Source: Gemmatimonadota bacterium
Lineage (GTDB): Bacteria > Gemmatimonadota > Gemmatimonadetes > Palauibacterales > Palauibacteraceae
Assembly (NCBI GenBank): GCA_965116475.1
Contig: OZ220691.1
Coordinates: forward strand, 256,001-320,000
Direction of reading: 5' to 3'
DNA: 64,000 nt
The position numbers and the translations under genes were made by a program. Below the pieces are notes generated by a model that saw only the letters and a program-made list of their open reading frames with translations, was not told the origin of the DNA and did no database searches. Position 1 is the first letter of the stretch. Every line of letters begins with the position of its first letter. Shown one piece after another: positions 9,116 through 18,778 of this stretch.

Positions 9116-10048
9116 CTATGATGCCGGGCGCTGGCCGGGGCCGCCCGTCCGGGCCGCGCCGGTCCATTCGAGGCTCCGGTCCCAGAGTTCGCGGGCGAGA
9201 TCCTCGTCGTAGGCCTGGGCCGTCGCGGCGACCTCGGAGTCCACTTTGAAATACCGCCCGGTGACCTCGTCGCGGGCGGGGTCCCCCACGAGCCGCATCA
9301 CGGCCCGGCCGCCGACTTCGGGCTTCGCCATCAGGCCCTTGGCCGCGTTCAGAAGCAGGCCCAGCGCGCTCCGGTTCTTCCGCCAGATCTGTGTACGGAG
9401 GACGCCGGGGTGGACGGCGTTCGCGGTGATCCCGCGGGCGCTCCAGCGGCGCACCGATTCGAAGGTGAAGAGGGCGTTGGCCAGCTTCGTATCGCCGTAG
9501 GCCTGGAAGCCGCCCTTCCAGGCGTCGCCGCGGACGATGGCCTCGAGGGGAGCGCGGCGCAGGTCCCCGTTTCGGTGTGCTTCGGAGCTCACGTTGACGA
9601 TCCGGCCGCGCCCGGCCGCGAGCGGCGCGAGGAGCCGATGGGTGAGGAGGAAATGGCCGAGGTGGTTCGTCGCGAACGTGATCTCGAAGCCATCGGACGT
9701 GATCTCGCGCCGATGGAGCCAGACGCCGGCGTTGTTCACGAGGATGTCGATCGCGGGAGCGTGGGCGGCAAGGCGGTCGGCCAGAGCACGAACATCGTCC
9801 TGCAACGAGAGGTCGGCGAGTTCGAGGCGGACATCCGTGTCCGCCGCCGCGTCCGCCGCGGCCCGCGCTTGCCGCACGTCGGCAAGCGCCGACTCCCCCC
9901 GCTCGCGGCTGCGGCACACCAGGGTCACGTCAGCGCCGGCCCGGGCGAGGAGTTCGGCGGCGGACTTCCCGACGCCCGAGTTCGCGCCGGTGACGACGGC
10001 GATCTGCCCTTTCAGGCCGAGGTCCGTTCCATCCGGGGTCTCCGTCAT
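9116..10048 (-). CDS. SDR family oxidoreductase (retinol dehydrogenase-like)
   Basis: VTGANSGVG, LVNNAG, ATNHLGHFLLT, YGDTK catalytic YxxxK, VHPG. Confidence 0.93.
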   Translation of the reverse strand: MTETPDGTDLGLKGQIAVVTGANSGVGKSAAELLARAGADVTLVCRSRERGESALADVRQARAAADAAADTDVRLELADLSLQDDVRALADRLAAHAPAIDILVNNAGVWLHRREITSDGFEITFATNHLGHFLLTHRLLAPLAAGRGRIVNVSSEAHRNGDLRRAPLEAIVRGDAWKGGFQAYGDTKLANALFTFESVRRWSARGITANAVHPGVLRTQIWRKNRSALGLLLNAAKGLMAKPEVGGRAVMRLVGDPARDEVTGRYFKVDSEVAATAQAYDEDLARELWDRSLEWTGAARTGGPGQRPAS

Positions 10049-12069
10049 CGGGCCGGGAGGGCGAACGCCTGCAGCTTCGAATCGACCTGTCCGTTGGCGG
10101 AGGTGGCGACGACGACGAACTGGCGCCCGGACCGGGTGCGGTACGTCATCGGGTTGCCGCGCCCCAGCCCTTCACCCAGGTCCCCTCGCCACAGCGTGCT
10201 TCCATCGCGGACGTCCATGGCCTCGATCCACGGCGTGCCACCCGCCAGGAAGACGATCCCGCCCGCCGTCGCCAGCGGCCCCGACGTCGTGCCGTGGCTC
10301 TGCGGCGTGCCTCCCATGGGCGGGAGGTCCAGGCCCGCAAGCGCCGGGTGCTCGCGGATCGCGGAGTCGTCCCCGAACGGCCGCTGCCACAGGTGGTCCC
10401 CCGTATTCAGGTCGATCGCCGTGATCGTGCCGTAGGGCGGCTTGAGGATCGGAAGCCCGCCGGCCACCGAGAGGGTGCTCGCGAAGTTCGGGAGGTAATC
10501 CGCGTCCCCCGCCCCCGGCTCCGCCTCGGCGACGCGCGCGAGGAAGGGGTCGTCATACGCCTTCACGAACATGTGGCCGCTCTCGGGGTCGATGGCCGCG
10601 CCGCCCCACCCCGCCCCGCCGATGAGGCCCGGCATCATGATCGTCCCCTCGACGGAGGGCGGCGTGAAGATCGGACCGGTCCGGTGGCGGCGGAACACTT
10701 CCAGCGCCTCCGCGCGCAGCGCCGGCGTGAAATCGATGAGGTCGTCCTCGGTGATCCCCTGGCGGGAGAACGGCGCGGGCCGCGTCGGGAACGGCTGGGT
10801 CGGCCACGGCACCTCTCCCGGAACCGTGCTCTCCGGCACCGGCCGTTCCTCGACCGGCCATACCGGCTCGCCGGTTTCGCGGTCCAGCACGTACGTGAAC
10901 GCCGTCTTCCCCACCGCCACGACCGCGTCGATCTCGCGCCCTCCGACCTCGATCGTCACGAGGCCGGGCGGCGCCGGCAGGTCGTAGTCCCACAGGCCGT
11001 GGTGAACGGTCTGGAAGTGCCACACGCGCTCGCCCGTCCGCGCGTCCAGGCACACGAGCGACTCCGCGAACAGGTTCTGCCCCCGCCGGTGTCCGCCGTA
11101 GAAGTCGTTGTTCGGGGTGGAGACGGGCAGGTAGAGGAGCCCCCGCTCCGGGTCCAGCGAGAAGGGAGCCCACACGTTCGCCGACCCCGTGTAGGACCAG
11201 GACTCGTCCTCCCACGTCTCGACCCCGTACTCCCCCTCCTTCGGGATGGTGTGGAAGGTCCAGCGCAGTGCGCCGGTGCGCGCATCGAAGGCCTGGACAT
11301 CGCCGGGCGGGTTGTGGCGGTAGATCCGGTTGTCCGGGACGCCGCTGCCCACGATGACGATGTCCTCGTAGACGACAGCGGGAGAGGTGTTGGAGATGTG
11401 AAGCCGGTTCGCGTCCCAGGCGAGGCCCTCCGTCAGGTCGACCTCGCCTCCGTCCCCGAAACCGGGGATCGGCTCGCCGGTGGCGGCGTCGAGCGCGATC
11501 AGCCGCCAGCGGGAATTGAGGAAGATCCGGCGCTCGCTTCCGTCGCTCCACTCCGCGATCCCGCGGTGGCAGAAGCGGCAGCCGCGGTGGAGGTTCCCCC
11601 ACTCCCACGCTTTGGGGTCGTAGCTCCAGAACTCCTCTCCCGTCTCCGCGTCCAGCGCGACGACCCGGCTGTAGGGGGTCGAGAGCCACATCGTGTCGTT
11701 GATGACGATCGGCGTCGCCTCGAAGGCGCCCGGCGCCACGCGTTCGCCCTGGATGGGGCTCGCCGCGTCGGGAATCGGCTCTTCCCCCGTCTCCCAGACC
11801 CACGCCACGTCGAGCTGGGCGACGTTCGAGCGGTCGATGTCCGTGAGGGAGGAATACTTGCGGCCGCCCGGGTCGCCGCCGTACACCGGCCAGTCGTCGC
11901 CCGCATACGCCGTCGGCGGCCGCGAGCTTTCGCCGGCATCCCCATCGGCTCCGTCGCCGCCGCAACCCGCGAGCGCCACGCCGAATCCAAGCACAAGCCA
12001 CCCAAGGGCCAGCTTCGCGGGGCCAGGTGCAGGGGCGACGTGGGGCATCACGAACCGTCGTCGGGGCAT
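10045..12069 (-). CDS. PQQ-dependent dehydrogenase (glucose/quinate family), lipoprotein
   Basis: DWPVYGGDPGGRKYS, FEATPI, WHFQTVHHGLWDYD, KPPYGTITAIDLNTG, NPMTY; lipobox ALAGC. Confidence 0.92.
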   Translation of the reverse strand: MPRRRFVMPHVAPAPGPAKLALGWLVLGFGVALAGCGGDGADGDAGESSRPPTAYAGDDWPVYGGDPGGRKYSSLTDIDRSNVAQLDVAWVWETGEEPIPDAASPIQGERVAPGAFEATPIVINDTMWLSTPYSRVVALDAETGEEFWSYDPKAWEWGNLHRGCRFCHRGIAEWSDGSERRIFLNSRWRLIALDAATGEPIPGFGDGGEVDLTEGLAWDANRLHISNTSPAVVYEDIVIVGSGVPDNRIYRHNPPGDVQAFDARTGALRWTFHTIPKEGEYGVETWEDESWSYTGSANVWAPFSLDPERGLLYLPVSTPNNDFYGGHRRGQNLFAESLVCLDARTGERVWHFQTVHHGLWDYDLPAPPGLVTIEVGGREIDAVVAVGKTAFTYVLDRETGEPVWPVEERPVPESTVPGEVPWPTQPFPTRPAPFSRQGITEDDLIDFTPALRAEALEVFRRHRTGPIFTPPSVEGTIMMPGLIGGAGWGGAAIDPESGHMFVKAYDDPFLARVAEAEPGAGDADYLPNFASTLSVAGGLPILKPPYGTITAIDLNTGDHLWQRPFGDDSAIREHPALAGLDLPPMGGTPQSHGTTSGPLATAGGIVFLAGGTPWIEAMDVRDGSTLWRGDLGEGLGRGNPMTYRTRSGRQFVVVATSANGQVDSKLQAFALPAR

Positions 12070-12185
12070 GCGTCCTCCGGAATGTCGTCGGCAAACGAAT
12101 CTCAGGGGACGGGAATCTGGGGGGCGCGCTCGGATGCGGCGAGTCCGCGGCCGGTCCGCGGCCTTCGGTCAGTCCCGGGGTGAGG

Positions 12186-13019
12186 TCAGTCGCCGGCGAC
12201 GTGTCCCGGGTTGTGCCGGCGGGCGTATTCCACGCAGGCCTCCCAGTCCGCTTCGAAGAAGGCGCGGGCGCGCGCGAGCTGCTCTGCGGTGAGAAGCGGG
12301 TCGGAACTCAGGATCCGCTCCGGCGCGACTCGTCCGAGCGCCACGCCCGCGTGCCAGGCGAGACGGCGAGACCTCACGTGGAGCCACCGGAGGGCGGCGG
12401 GCGCGGGTTCTTCGCGCCGCTTCGCGGGCCAGCGCCGGCCCACCTCCCGCAGGAACCGGTACTGCCGGTCGCGATAGGAACGGTTCGACGGGCGGAACGA
12501 GATCCGGGCCTCGTCATACGACGCGCCCACGTAGTCGGCGATGGCGCGAACGAACCGCCGGGGATCTGCGACGAGCCGGTCGAAGAAGAGGACGAGGGGC
12601 CGATGCTCGAAGTGATCCTCGAGCACCCGGATGCGCTCGCGGAAGAGCGCCGAGGATTGCGGCCGGACGCCGTCGTCGCGCTCGAGATCGATGAAGGCCT
12701 CGAACGGGACGTAGCGCAGTTCCTTGATCTCCCGGAGATACACCGACCGGAGCCACTCATCGTGGCGGCGCAGGACCAGGATCGGGCGGGCCGCCGGCGC
12801 CGCGCGCGCGAACCACTCCACGGCGGGCACGAACTCGCGGTATCCGAGCTGCCGGGATACGAGGACGGGAAGATCCCCGCCCCGCCGCACCCCCTTCGCG
12901 CTCTGCCGAAACCGCGTGCGCGGCACGTAGCGCACGCCTCGAAAATGCGGAAACACCCGTTCCTGCAGCCACCTGGACGCCGCCCGGCCCGCTCCGGCGT
13001 GGAAAAAGACCTCCGGCAT
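12186..13019 (-). CDS. Sulfotransferase-like P-loop protein
   Basis: N-terminal FFHAGAGRAASRWLQ resembles HxGxxKxxSxxLQ; ILVLRRHDEWLRSVY resembles the 3'-phosphate-binding motif. Confidence 0.55.
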   Translation of the reverse strand: MPEVFFHAGAGRAASRWLQERVFPHFRGVRYVPRTRFRQSAKGVRRGGDLPVLVSRQLGYREFVPAVEWFARAAPAARPILVLRRHDEWLRSVYLREIKELRYVPFEAFIDLERDDGVRPQSSALFRERIRVLEDHFEHRPLVLFFDRLVADPRRFVRAIADYVGASYDEARISFRPSNRSYRDRQYRFLREVGRRWPAKRREEPAPAALRWLHVRSRRLAWHAGVALGRVAPERILSSDPLLTAEQLARARAFFEADWEACVEYARRHNPGHVAGD

Positions 13020-13027
13020 CGGCTGCG

Positions 13028-13582
13028 CTATCCGGAGTGGGGGGATTGCGAATCCCGCCGCGCCCGCGGGATCCAGCGGGGGACGTCACGACAGTAGTCG
13101 TCGAATGCCTCGCCGAACGTCCGACGGAGATCCGGCTCTTCCCTCCTGACGACGAAGAGCGTCAGCCACAGCCAGTAAGCCAGCGCGTAGACGAGCAACG
13201 CCACGGACGAGAAGAACACGGCCTCGGACAGGAGGATGAGGACCACGCCCAGGAGAAGCGGGTGACGGGTGCGCCCATACCAGCCGTCCGTCACCAGGAC
13301 GCTGGGTGCGATTCCGGGGATGGCGGATGTCTGCCTCCGCAGGAGCCGGCCGACGGCCCACAGGTAGAGGTAGAAGCCGAATCCCGCCACAGGAACGCCC
13401 AGCCAGCGAAGAAAACCGATGTCCACCGACGGCAGCGGGATCGCTCCGGTGCGCTGGAGAATGAGTGCCGGGAGCCCCACGATGAAGACGCCGTACAGCA
13501 CGACCGCGGTGAGCACCGTCTTCAACGCTGCGGAATGTGAGCGCTTCACAATTCGAGCCTCGGCGTCGGGCATTGGAGCCAT
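13028..13582 (-). CDS. Isoprenylcysteine carboxyl / phospholipid methyltransferase family membrane protein
   Basis: LVTDGWYGRTRHP...REEPDLRRTFGEAFDDYCRDVPRWIP. Confidence 0.85.
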   Translation of the reverse strand: MAPMPDAEARIVKRSHSAALKTVLTAVVLYGVFIVGLPALILQRTGAIPLPSVDIGFLRWLGVPVAGFGFYLYLWAVGRLLRRQTSAIPGIAPSVLVTDGWYGRTRHPLLLGVVLILLSEAVFFSSVALLVYALAYWLWLTLFVVRREEPDLRRTFGEAFDDYCRDVPRWIPRARRDSQSPHSG

Positions 13583-13685
13583 GTGACGCCGCAAGTGTTT
13601 CCGGCGTCTTCCGGACAGCATCCGGAAACCTACGTGCGCCACGCCGCCATTGGGAGCGGCGATGGACCTCGCGGGAGCAACGGGC

Positions 13686-14774
13686 ATGTATCACGGAAGA
13701 ACGCTGGCGCTGGCCGTTCTGGCTGCACTGCAACCGGTTGTCGTTCCGGTCGGTGCGGAAGGCCAGTCGATCGACGACTGCGACGGCCGGGCCTCCCTCC
13801 GGATCTCGGTGGTGGACGAGTCCGGCTTCATTGCGATCCCCGAAGCCACCGTCGTGTTGCGGTGGACGGACGCGGTTCGAAGACCCCTGCGGGAAGCCGC
13901 CGGTCCTGACGGCCGACTGCTCCTCTGCGCTCCCCGAGACGCCGGCCAGGCCACGCTCTGGGCCGAGTTCGGAGACGCATCGAGCGAGGAATCCGTCGTG
14001 GCCCTCCAAGCGGGGATGCCGCACGACGTGGAGCTTCGGCTCTTGCTCTCGGAGACGGGTTCCGGACGGCTCGTGGGGACTGTCCGCGACGCCGGTACGG
14101 ATGAGCCCGTGGCCGCGGCGGCCGTGTCGATCCTCGGCGAGTTCGGCGAGACGTCGAGCAACCGGCGGGGCCGCTTCGTCCTCAGCGGCGTCCCCGTCGG
14201 CCGCCGCGAGATCGCCGTGCGCCACCTCGGCTATGCGCCTTTCCGCCATTCGGTCGCGGTGGCCCGAGGCCGCACGACGGAAATCGAGATCGGTCTCGTC
14301 CCGGAACCGGTGGAGCTGGAGCCGCTGGTGGCGACCGTCGTTCGGTCCCGCCGGCTGGAGACCCGGGGCTTCTACGAGCGAAAATACTGGGGCGAACTGG
14401 TCGCAGGCGGCACGTTCTTCACGGCCGAGGACATCGAACGCCGCAATCCCCTGCGGATCACGCAGATGGTCGCCGATATCCCGGGGATCCGGCTCGCGAA
14501 CTGCGGCCCGCGGCAGAACAGCTGCAAGCTGTACAACTCCCGGATATCGGACATCTCCTCGAACGATGGCTGCCTGATGAACATCTACCTGGACGGCAGC
14601 CTCATCGTTCGCCGGGGCCGGATCCAACGCGGTGCCGTAGAGAACATCAACGATTTCGTCCTTCCGATCGAGATCGCGGGCGTCGAAATCTATCTCGGCC
14701 CCTCCGAGTTGCCAGCGGAGTTCGCCGGGATGGAATCCCGCTGCGGCGTCGTCGTGATCTGGACGAAATCGTGA
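13686..14774 (+). CDS. Carboxypeptidase-regulatory-like domains plus TonB plug-like domain protein, no barrel
   Basis: Signal peptide; GTVRDAGTDEPV...GRFVL...HLGY; plug-like IYLDG...IAGVEIYLGPSELPAEF...CGVVVIWT; paralog of 1851..2675. Confidence 0.75.
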   Translation: MYHGRTLALAVLAALQPVVVPVGAEGQSIDDCDGRASLRISVVDESGFIAIPEATVVLRWTDAVRRPLREAAGPDGRLLLCAPRDAGQATLWAEFGDASSEESVVALQAGMPHDVELRLLLSETGSGRLVGTVRDAGTDEPVAAAAVSILGEFGETSSNRRGRFVLSGVPVGRREIAVRHLGYAPFRHSVAVARGRTTEIEIGLVPEPVELEPLVATVVRSRRLETRGFYERKYWGELVAGGTFFTAEDIERRNPLRITQMVADIPGIRLANCGPRQNSCKLYNSRISDISSNDGCLMNIYLDGSLIVRRGRIQRGAVENINDFVLPIEIAGVEIYLGPSELPAEFAGMESRCGVVVIWTKS

Positions 14775-14776
14775 GC

Positions 14777-16354
14777 TCAGCCCTCGCGCAGCGCGTCGAG
14801 GAATACGTCGCCGTACTGCTCGAGCTTGGCGGGTCCGATGCCGGGAACGCGCAGCATCTCCTCGGGCGAGCCCGGCCGCAGATCGATCAGGTCCCACAGC
14901 ACCTGATCGCTGAACACGATGTAGGCGGGGACGCCGCGCGCGTCCGCCAGTTCCTTCCGCAGGGTGCGGAGCCGCTGAAAGGTGGGGTCCGACGGCGAGC
15001 GGTCGACGTCGGCGGCCGCGGGGCGCCGCCGGGAGGCCGTGGCGCGCGCCTTCCGCTTGAGGACGGGAAGCACGTCCACGAGATCCGTCACGCCGAGCCC
15101 CGTGCACACGTCGCAGGATTCGCCGCACGCCTCGAAGTCCTCCCCGAAGTAGGCGAGCAGCCCGCGGTGGCGGCACGCGTCGCGGTCCGCGAGCCGGAAG
15201 AGGTCGACGGCCGCCCGGCGCTTCGCCTCGCGCACCGCCGGAGCGTCGATCTCGGCGAGGAACCGTTCGCGCACCTTCACGTCCGCCCACGAGTAGAAGA
15301 GCACGCAGTCGCTCGGCAGCCCGTCCCGCCCGGCGCGTCCGATCTCCTGGTACCACGACTCGATGTCCGACGGCATGTCCCGGTGGATGACGAAGCGCAC
15401 GTTGGATTTGTCGATCCCCATCCCGAAGGCGATCGTCGCCACCACCACCTCGACCTCGTCGCGCGCGAACGCGTCCTGGTGTTCGGCCCGCGCGCCGTCG
15501 TCGAGTCCCGCGTGGTACGGGACGGCGTCGACGCCCTCGCGCCGCAGGAACTCCGTCATCTGTTCCACGGATTTTCGCGACAGACAGTAGACGATCCCGC
15601 TCTCTCCCCGGTGCCGGCGGATGAGACCCAGAATCTCGGCCCGTGTATTTCCCTCCCCCTTCTTCCTGCACACGACGCGGAGGTTCGAGCGAAAGAAGGA
15701 GCCTTTGTACCCCTCGGGTTTCGTCATCCCCAACTGTCGAATGATGTCGGCGGCGACCCGGCGGGTGGCGGTCGCCGTGAGCGCGAGAATGGGCAGCCCG
15801 TTCCGTCCCGCGCCTTCGTCCCCTGCCGCGCCTCCGTCGCGAATCTCATCCCGCAGTCCGTGGAGCGCCCGGTAGGACGGACGAAAGTCGTGTCCCCATT
15901 GCGAGATACAGTGCGCCTCATCGACGACGATCAGGGAGAGCGGCGCGTAGCGCAGGCGCTGCCGCATGTGCGGCCCCAGCGCCTCCGGCGCCAGGTAGAC
16001 GAGTTCATAATCTCCCTGCTCGAACCCCCGCAGCCGGCGCCGGCGCTCGTCCGCCGCCAGCGAGGAGTTGATCGCGGTGGCCCGGAACCCGAGGTCGCGC
16101 AGGGCGTCGACCTGGTCCTTCATCAGGCTGATGAGCGGCGAGAGGACGAGCACCGTGCCCGGCATGAGGCGCGCCGGAATCTGGAAGGTGAGCGACTTCC
16201 CCGCCCCGGTGGGCATGACGCCGATGCAGTCCCGTCCCGCAAGGACCGCGTCGATGATATGCGCCTGTCCCGGCCGGAACTCGTCGTAGCCGAACACGTC
16301 GCGGAGGACGGATTCCGGGTGGGGGGCGCGCGGCTCGATCATCGTTCGCAACAT
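14777..16354 (-). CDS. recQ: RecQ-family ATP-dependent DNA helicase with HRDC domain
   Basis: MPTGAGKS, VDEAHCISQWGHDFRP, LTATA, ATIAFGMGIDK, QEIGRAGRDG, four-Cys Zn site, HRDC VPAYIVFSD. Confidence 0.95.
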   Translation of the reverse strand: MLRTMIEPRAPHPESVLRDVFGYDEFRPGQAHIIDAVLAGRDCIGVMPTGAGKSLTFQIPARLMPGTVLVLSPLISLMKDQVDALRDLGFRATAINSSLAADERRRRLRGFEQGDYELVYLAPEALGPHMRQRLRYAPLSLIVVDEAHCISQWGHDFRPSYRALHGLRDEIRDGGAAGDEGAGRNGLPILALTATATRRVAADIIRQLGMTKPEGYKGSFFRSNLRVVCRKKGEGNTRAEILGLIRRHRGESGIVYCLSRKSVEQMTEFLRREGVDAVPYHAGLDDGARAEHQDAFARDEVEVVVATIAFGMGIDKSNVRFVIHRDMPSDIESWYQEIGRAGRDGLPSDCVLFYSWADVKVRERFLAEIDAPAVREAKRRAAVDLFRLADRDACRHRGLLAYFGEDFEACGESCDVCTGLGVTDLVDVLPVLKRKARATASRRRPAAADVDRSPSDPTFQRLRTLRKELADARGVPAYIVFSDQVLWDLIDLRPGSPEEMLRVPGIGPAKLEQYGDVFLDALREG

Positions 16355-16396
16355 ACCACCGATGTCCGCCCCCGGCTCAACGGGCTCTCAACGGCG

Positions 16397-16424
16397 GAAA
16401 ACCCTTTTCGTGATGTCAGCGTCT
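16397..16424 (+). promoter_or_regulatory. Putative ECF sigma promoter (GAAAAC-N17-CGTCT)
   Basis: Same AAC-N17-CGT geometry as 3227..3253; lies upstream of the TPR-redoxin pair. Confidence 0.3.
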
Positions 16425-16484
16425 GTACAGGTTGAGTGGTCAGGCCTGGCGAAGCCCAGGCTGTCCCTGCCCCGGAGGTGTGCG

Positions 16485-18731
16485 ATGTCGACGCGTTCCC
16501 GCCGATCCGGCCTGAGGGCCGGACTTTTTCTTCCGCTCGTCGTGTTTGCGGGCGCGCTGCTCGGAGCGTGTGGGGACGGTGCCGCTCCCCCCGACTACAC
16601 GGTCGACGAACTCGAGGCGGCGAAGCAGCAGCTTCGGGACCATGCGCGGCTGCGCACCTTCGAGGCCGGCAAGCTGTTCGGCGAAGCGTGGGTCGCCCGC
16701 GCTCCGAACGACGCGGAACTCCGAGGCCTCTACGCCTACCAGCTCGTGGGCTGGGGACTGTCGAAGGAGACCCACGAGCAAGCCGACGCGATTCTGGCGG
16801 ATGACCCCCAGAATCCGTGGGGTCTCTATACGCGGGCCTACGCCCACCTCGTTGACAATGAGGCCGGACCGGCGCACGAGCTGGCCCTGCAGGCGTGGGA
16901 GGCGTCACCGCAACCTGAATTCGCCTTCCTCCACCTGAACGCGTTGCGGAGGGACGACTTCGAGGCGGCGCGTGAGTTCCTTGAAGGGCTCGACGATGAG
17001 ACCCGCGGTTGGCCGGAGGTGCTCCGCATGCAGGCCGAACTGGAGTCCCAGGCCCGCTATGAACTGGACGACCCCACGTGGGCGGATTCCAGCCGGGCGA
17101 CGTGGGCCCTGTTCAGGGAGAAGTTCCCGGACCGTGTGCTCGGGTACACGAGGCTGGCCAACGAGGCGTATCAGGCCCGGAACATGGACGAGTGGACGCC
17201 GCTCATGGAGGCCGCGCTCGAGCTCGCGCCGGGGTCGGGGGAGGTGCGGAGCCAGCACTGGCGAGGTCTGTGGATGTCCGAACTCCTTCCCGCAGAGGAA
17301 CGGCGGGCGGCGGTGGAGGCGAGCATGGCGGCCTATCGGGAGGCGAGCCCCGAGACCGCGGAGGGCCTGCAGACCATGGCCACGATGTACCGGCAGATGG
17401 ATGACGAAGAGCGCGCGGCCGAACTGGACGCCCGGATCGTGGAGAGCGATCCGGCGAGCTATCACGCGATGCTCGCCTACCTCGCGGAGACGCGGAGGGC
17501 GAGTAGGCAGCTACAGGAGATGTGGCAGGCGCACGGCGAAGATTCGCCGGAATACCGCGCCGAACTCCCCGCCGTTCGCGATGCGGCCTACCGCTACCTG
17601 GAACGCCCGCTATACAGCGACCGCTTCACCGGCGGCGTGTACCTCGACCTCTACCAGGCTCTCGAGGGGATGGACCCCGTTCCCGCGGAGGAGTTGGCCG
17701 AGGCGATTCGTGGAACCGTGAAATACGAACGCCTCAATCCCCACATCACATTCGGCGAAGCTCCGCTCGCGATGATCGATCACACGCCCTACGCGCTCGA
17801 AGCGGCGGAGATCGTCCGCGAGGGCATGCCCGTCATGATGGAGCGCGTGATGGAGTCACGCGACTTCTACGACACGGAAGGCGAGTTCGACCAGGCGCTC
17901 CGCTTCTATCTGAGTGGCGTCTACGACGTGATCGGCTGGGCCTACTTCAAGGCGGGTCGCACCGACGACGGGCGCCACACGCTGGAGCGCGCGCTGGCAA
18001 TCAATGATCGCAGCCGGGATGCCAGGTATCACGCGGGTCAGGTGTACGAGCAGTTGGCCGCCGAGGCGAAAGTGGCCGGAGAAGCCGAGTCCGCAACCGA
18101 GTGGCTGGACAAGGCCGAGGATTCCTACATCGCCGGCTTCGGCGCCTCCCGGGGCGAGAACCCGAACGAGGCGGCGCTCGAAGCGCTCTATGAGAGCCGC
18201 AACGGGAGCCGCGAGGGGATCGAGGAGTATCTCGCGACGCTCGACGAGCGCGACCGGATCCGGCGGCGCGAGCGTATCCTCGAATCACGGGTAGAGGCGG
18301 CGGGGACGTACGAACCGTTCACGCTCGCGCGGTTGGATGGCGAGATGGTCGATTCCGCCGACCTCGAGGGGAAGATCGCCGTGCTGCACTTCTGGGGGAC
18401 GTGGTGCGGCCCGTGCATCGTCGAGATGCCGGAATACCAGAAGTTCGACGAACGCTACCGCGACGACGCCGAGGTCGCCGTGCTCTCGATCAGCAACGAC
18501 CGCACGAACGACGTGATCGAGGACTACCTCGCGAAGAACAACTTCGACTTCACCGTGCTCGTGGACGACGACTACGTGACGCGCGCCGGCGTGAACGCCT
18601 GGCCCACCACCTGGTTCGTCGACCGTGAGGGCTACATCCAGTTCGTGAAGATCGGCACCGCCCTGAAGCTCGACGAAGAGTTCTCCTGGCGCGTCGAGGC
18701 GCTCCGCGAAGAGACGACCAGCAGCCCTTGA
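16485..18731 (+). CDS. TPR-repeat lipoprotein with C-terminal TlpA/redoxin domain
   Basis: Lipobox LLGAC; TPR-like helices (DVIGWAYFKAG); FWGTWCGPC...EMP...AWPTTWFVDREG. Confidence 0.88.
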   Translation: MSTRSRRSGLRAGLFLPLVVFAGALLGACGDGAAPPDYTVDELEAAKQQLRDHARLRTFEAGKLFGEAWVARAPNDAELRGLYAYQLVGWGLSKETHEQADAILADDPQNPWGLYTRAYAHLVDNEAGPAHELALQAWEASPQPEFAFLHLNALRRDDFEAAREFLEGLDDETRGWPEVLRMQAELESQARYELDDPTWADSSRATWALFREKFPDRVLGYTRLANEAYQARNMDEWTPLMEAALELAPGSGEVRSQHWRGLWMSELLPAEERRAAVEASMAAYREASPETAEGLQTMATMYRQMDDEERAAELDARIVESDPASYHAMLAYLAETRRASRQLQEMWQAHGEDSPEYRAELPAVRDAAYRYLERPLYSDRFTGGVYLDLYQALEGMDPVPAEELAEAIRGTVKYERLNPHITFGEAPLAMIDHTPYALEAAEIVREGMPVMMERVMESRDFYDTEGEFDQALRFYLSGVYDVIGWAYFKAGRTDDGRHTLERALAINDRSRDARYHAGQVYEQLAAEAKVAGEAESATEWLDKAEDSYIAGFGASRGENPNEAALEALYESRNGSREGIEEYLATLDERDRIRRRERILESRVEAAGTYEPFTLARLDGEMVDSADLEGKIAVLHFWGTWCGPCIVEMPEYQKFDERYRDDAEVAVLSISNDRTNDVIEDYLAKNNFDFTVLVDDDYVTRAGVNAWPTTWFVDREGYIQFVKIGTALKLDEEFSWRVEALREETTSSP

Positions 18732-18778
18732 CCGGGACGCTCCGAACCGCGATTGCATGCGGATCCTGGAGGTACAGC

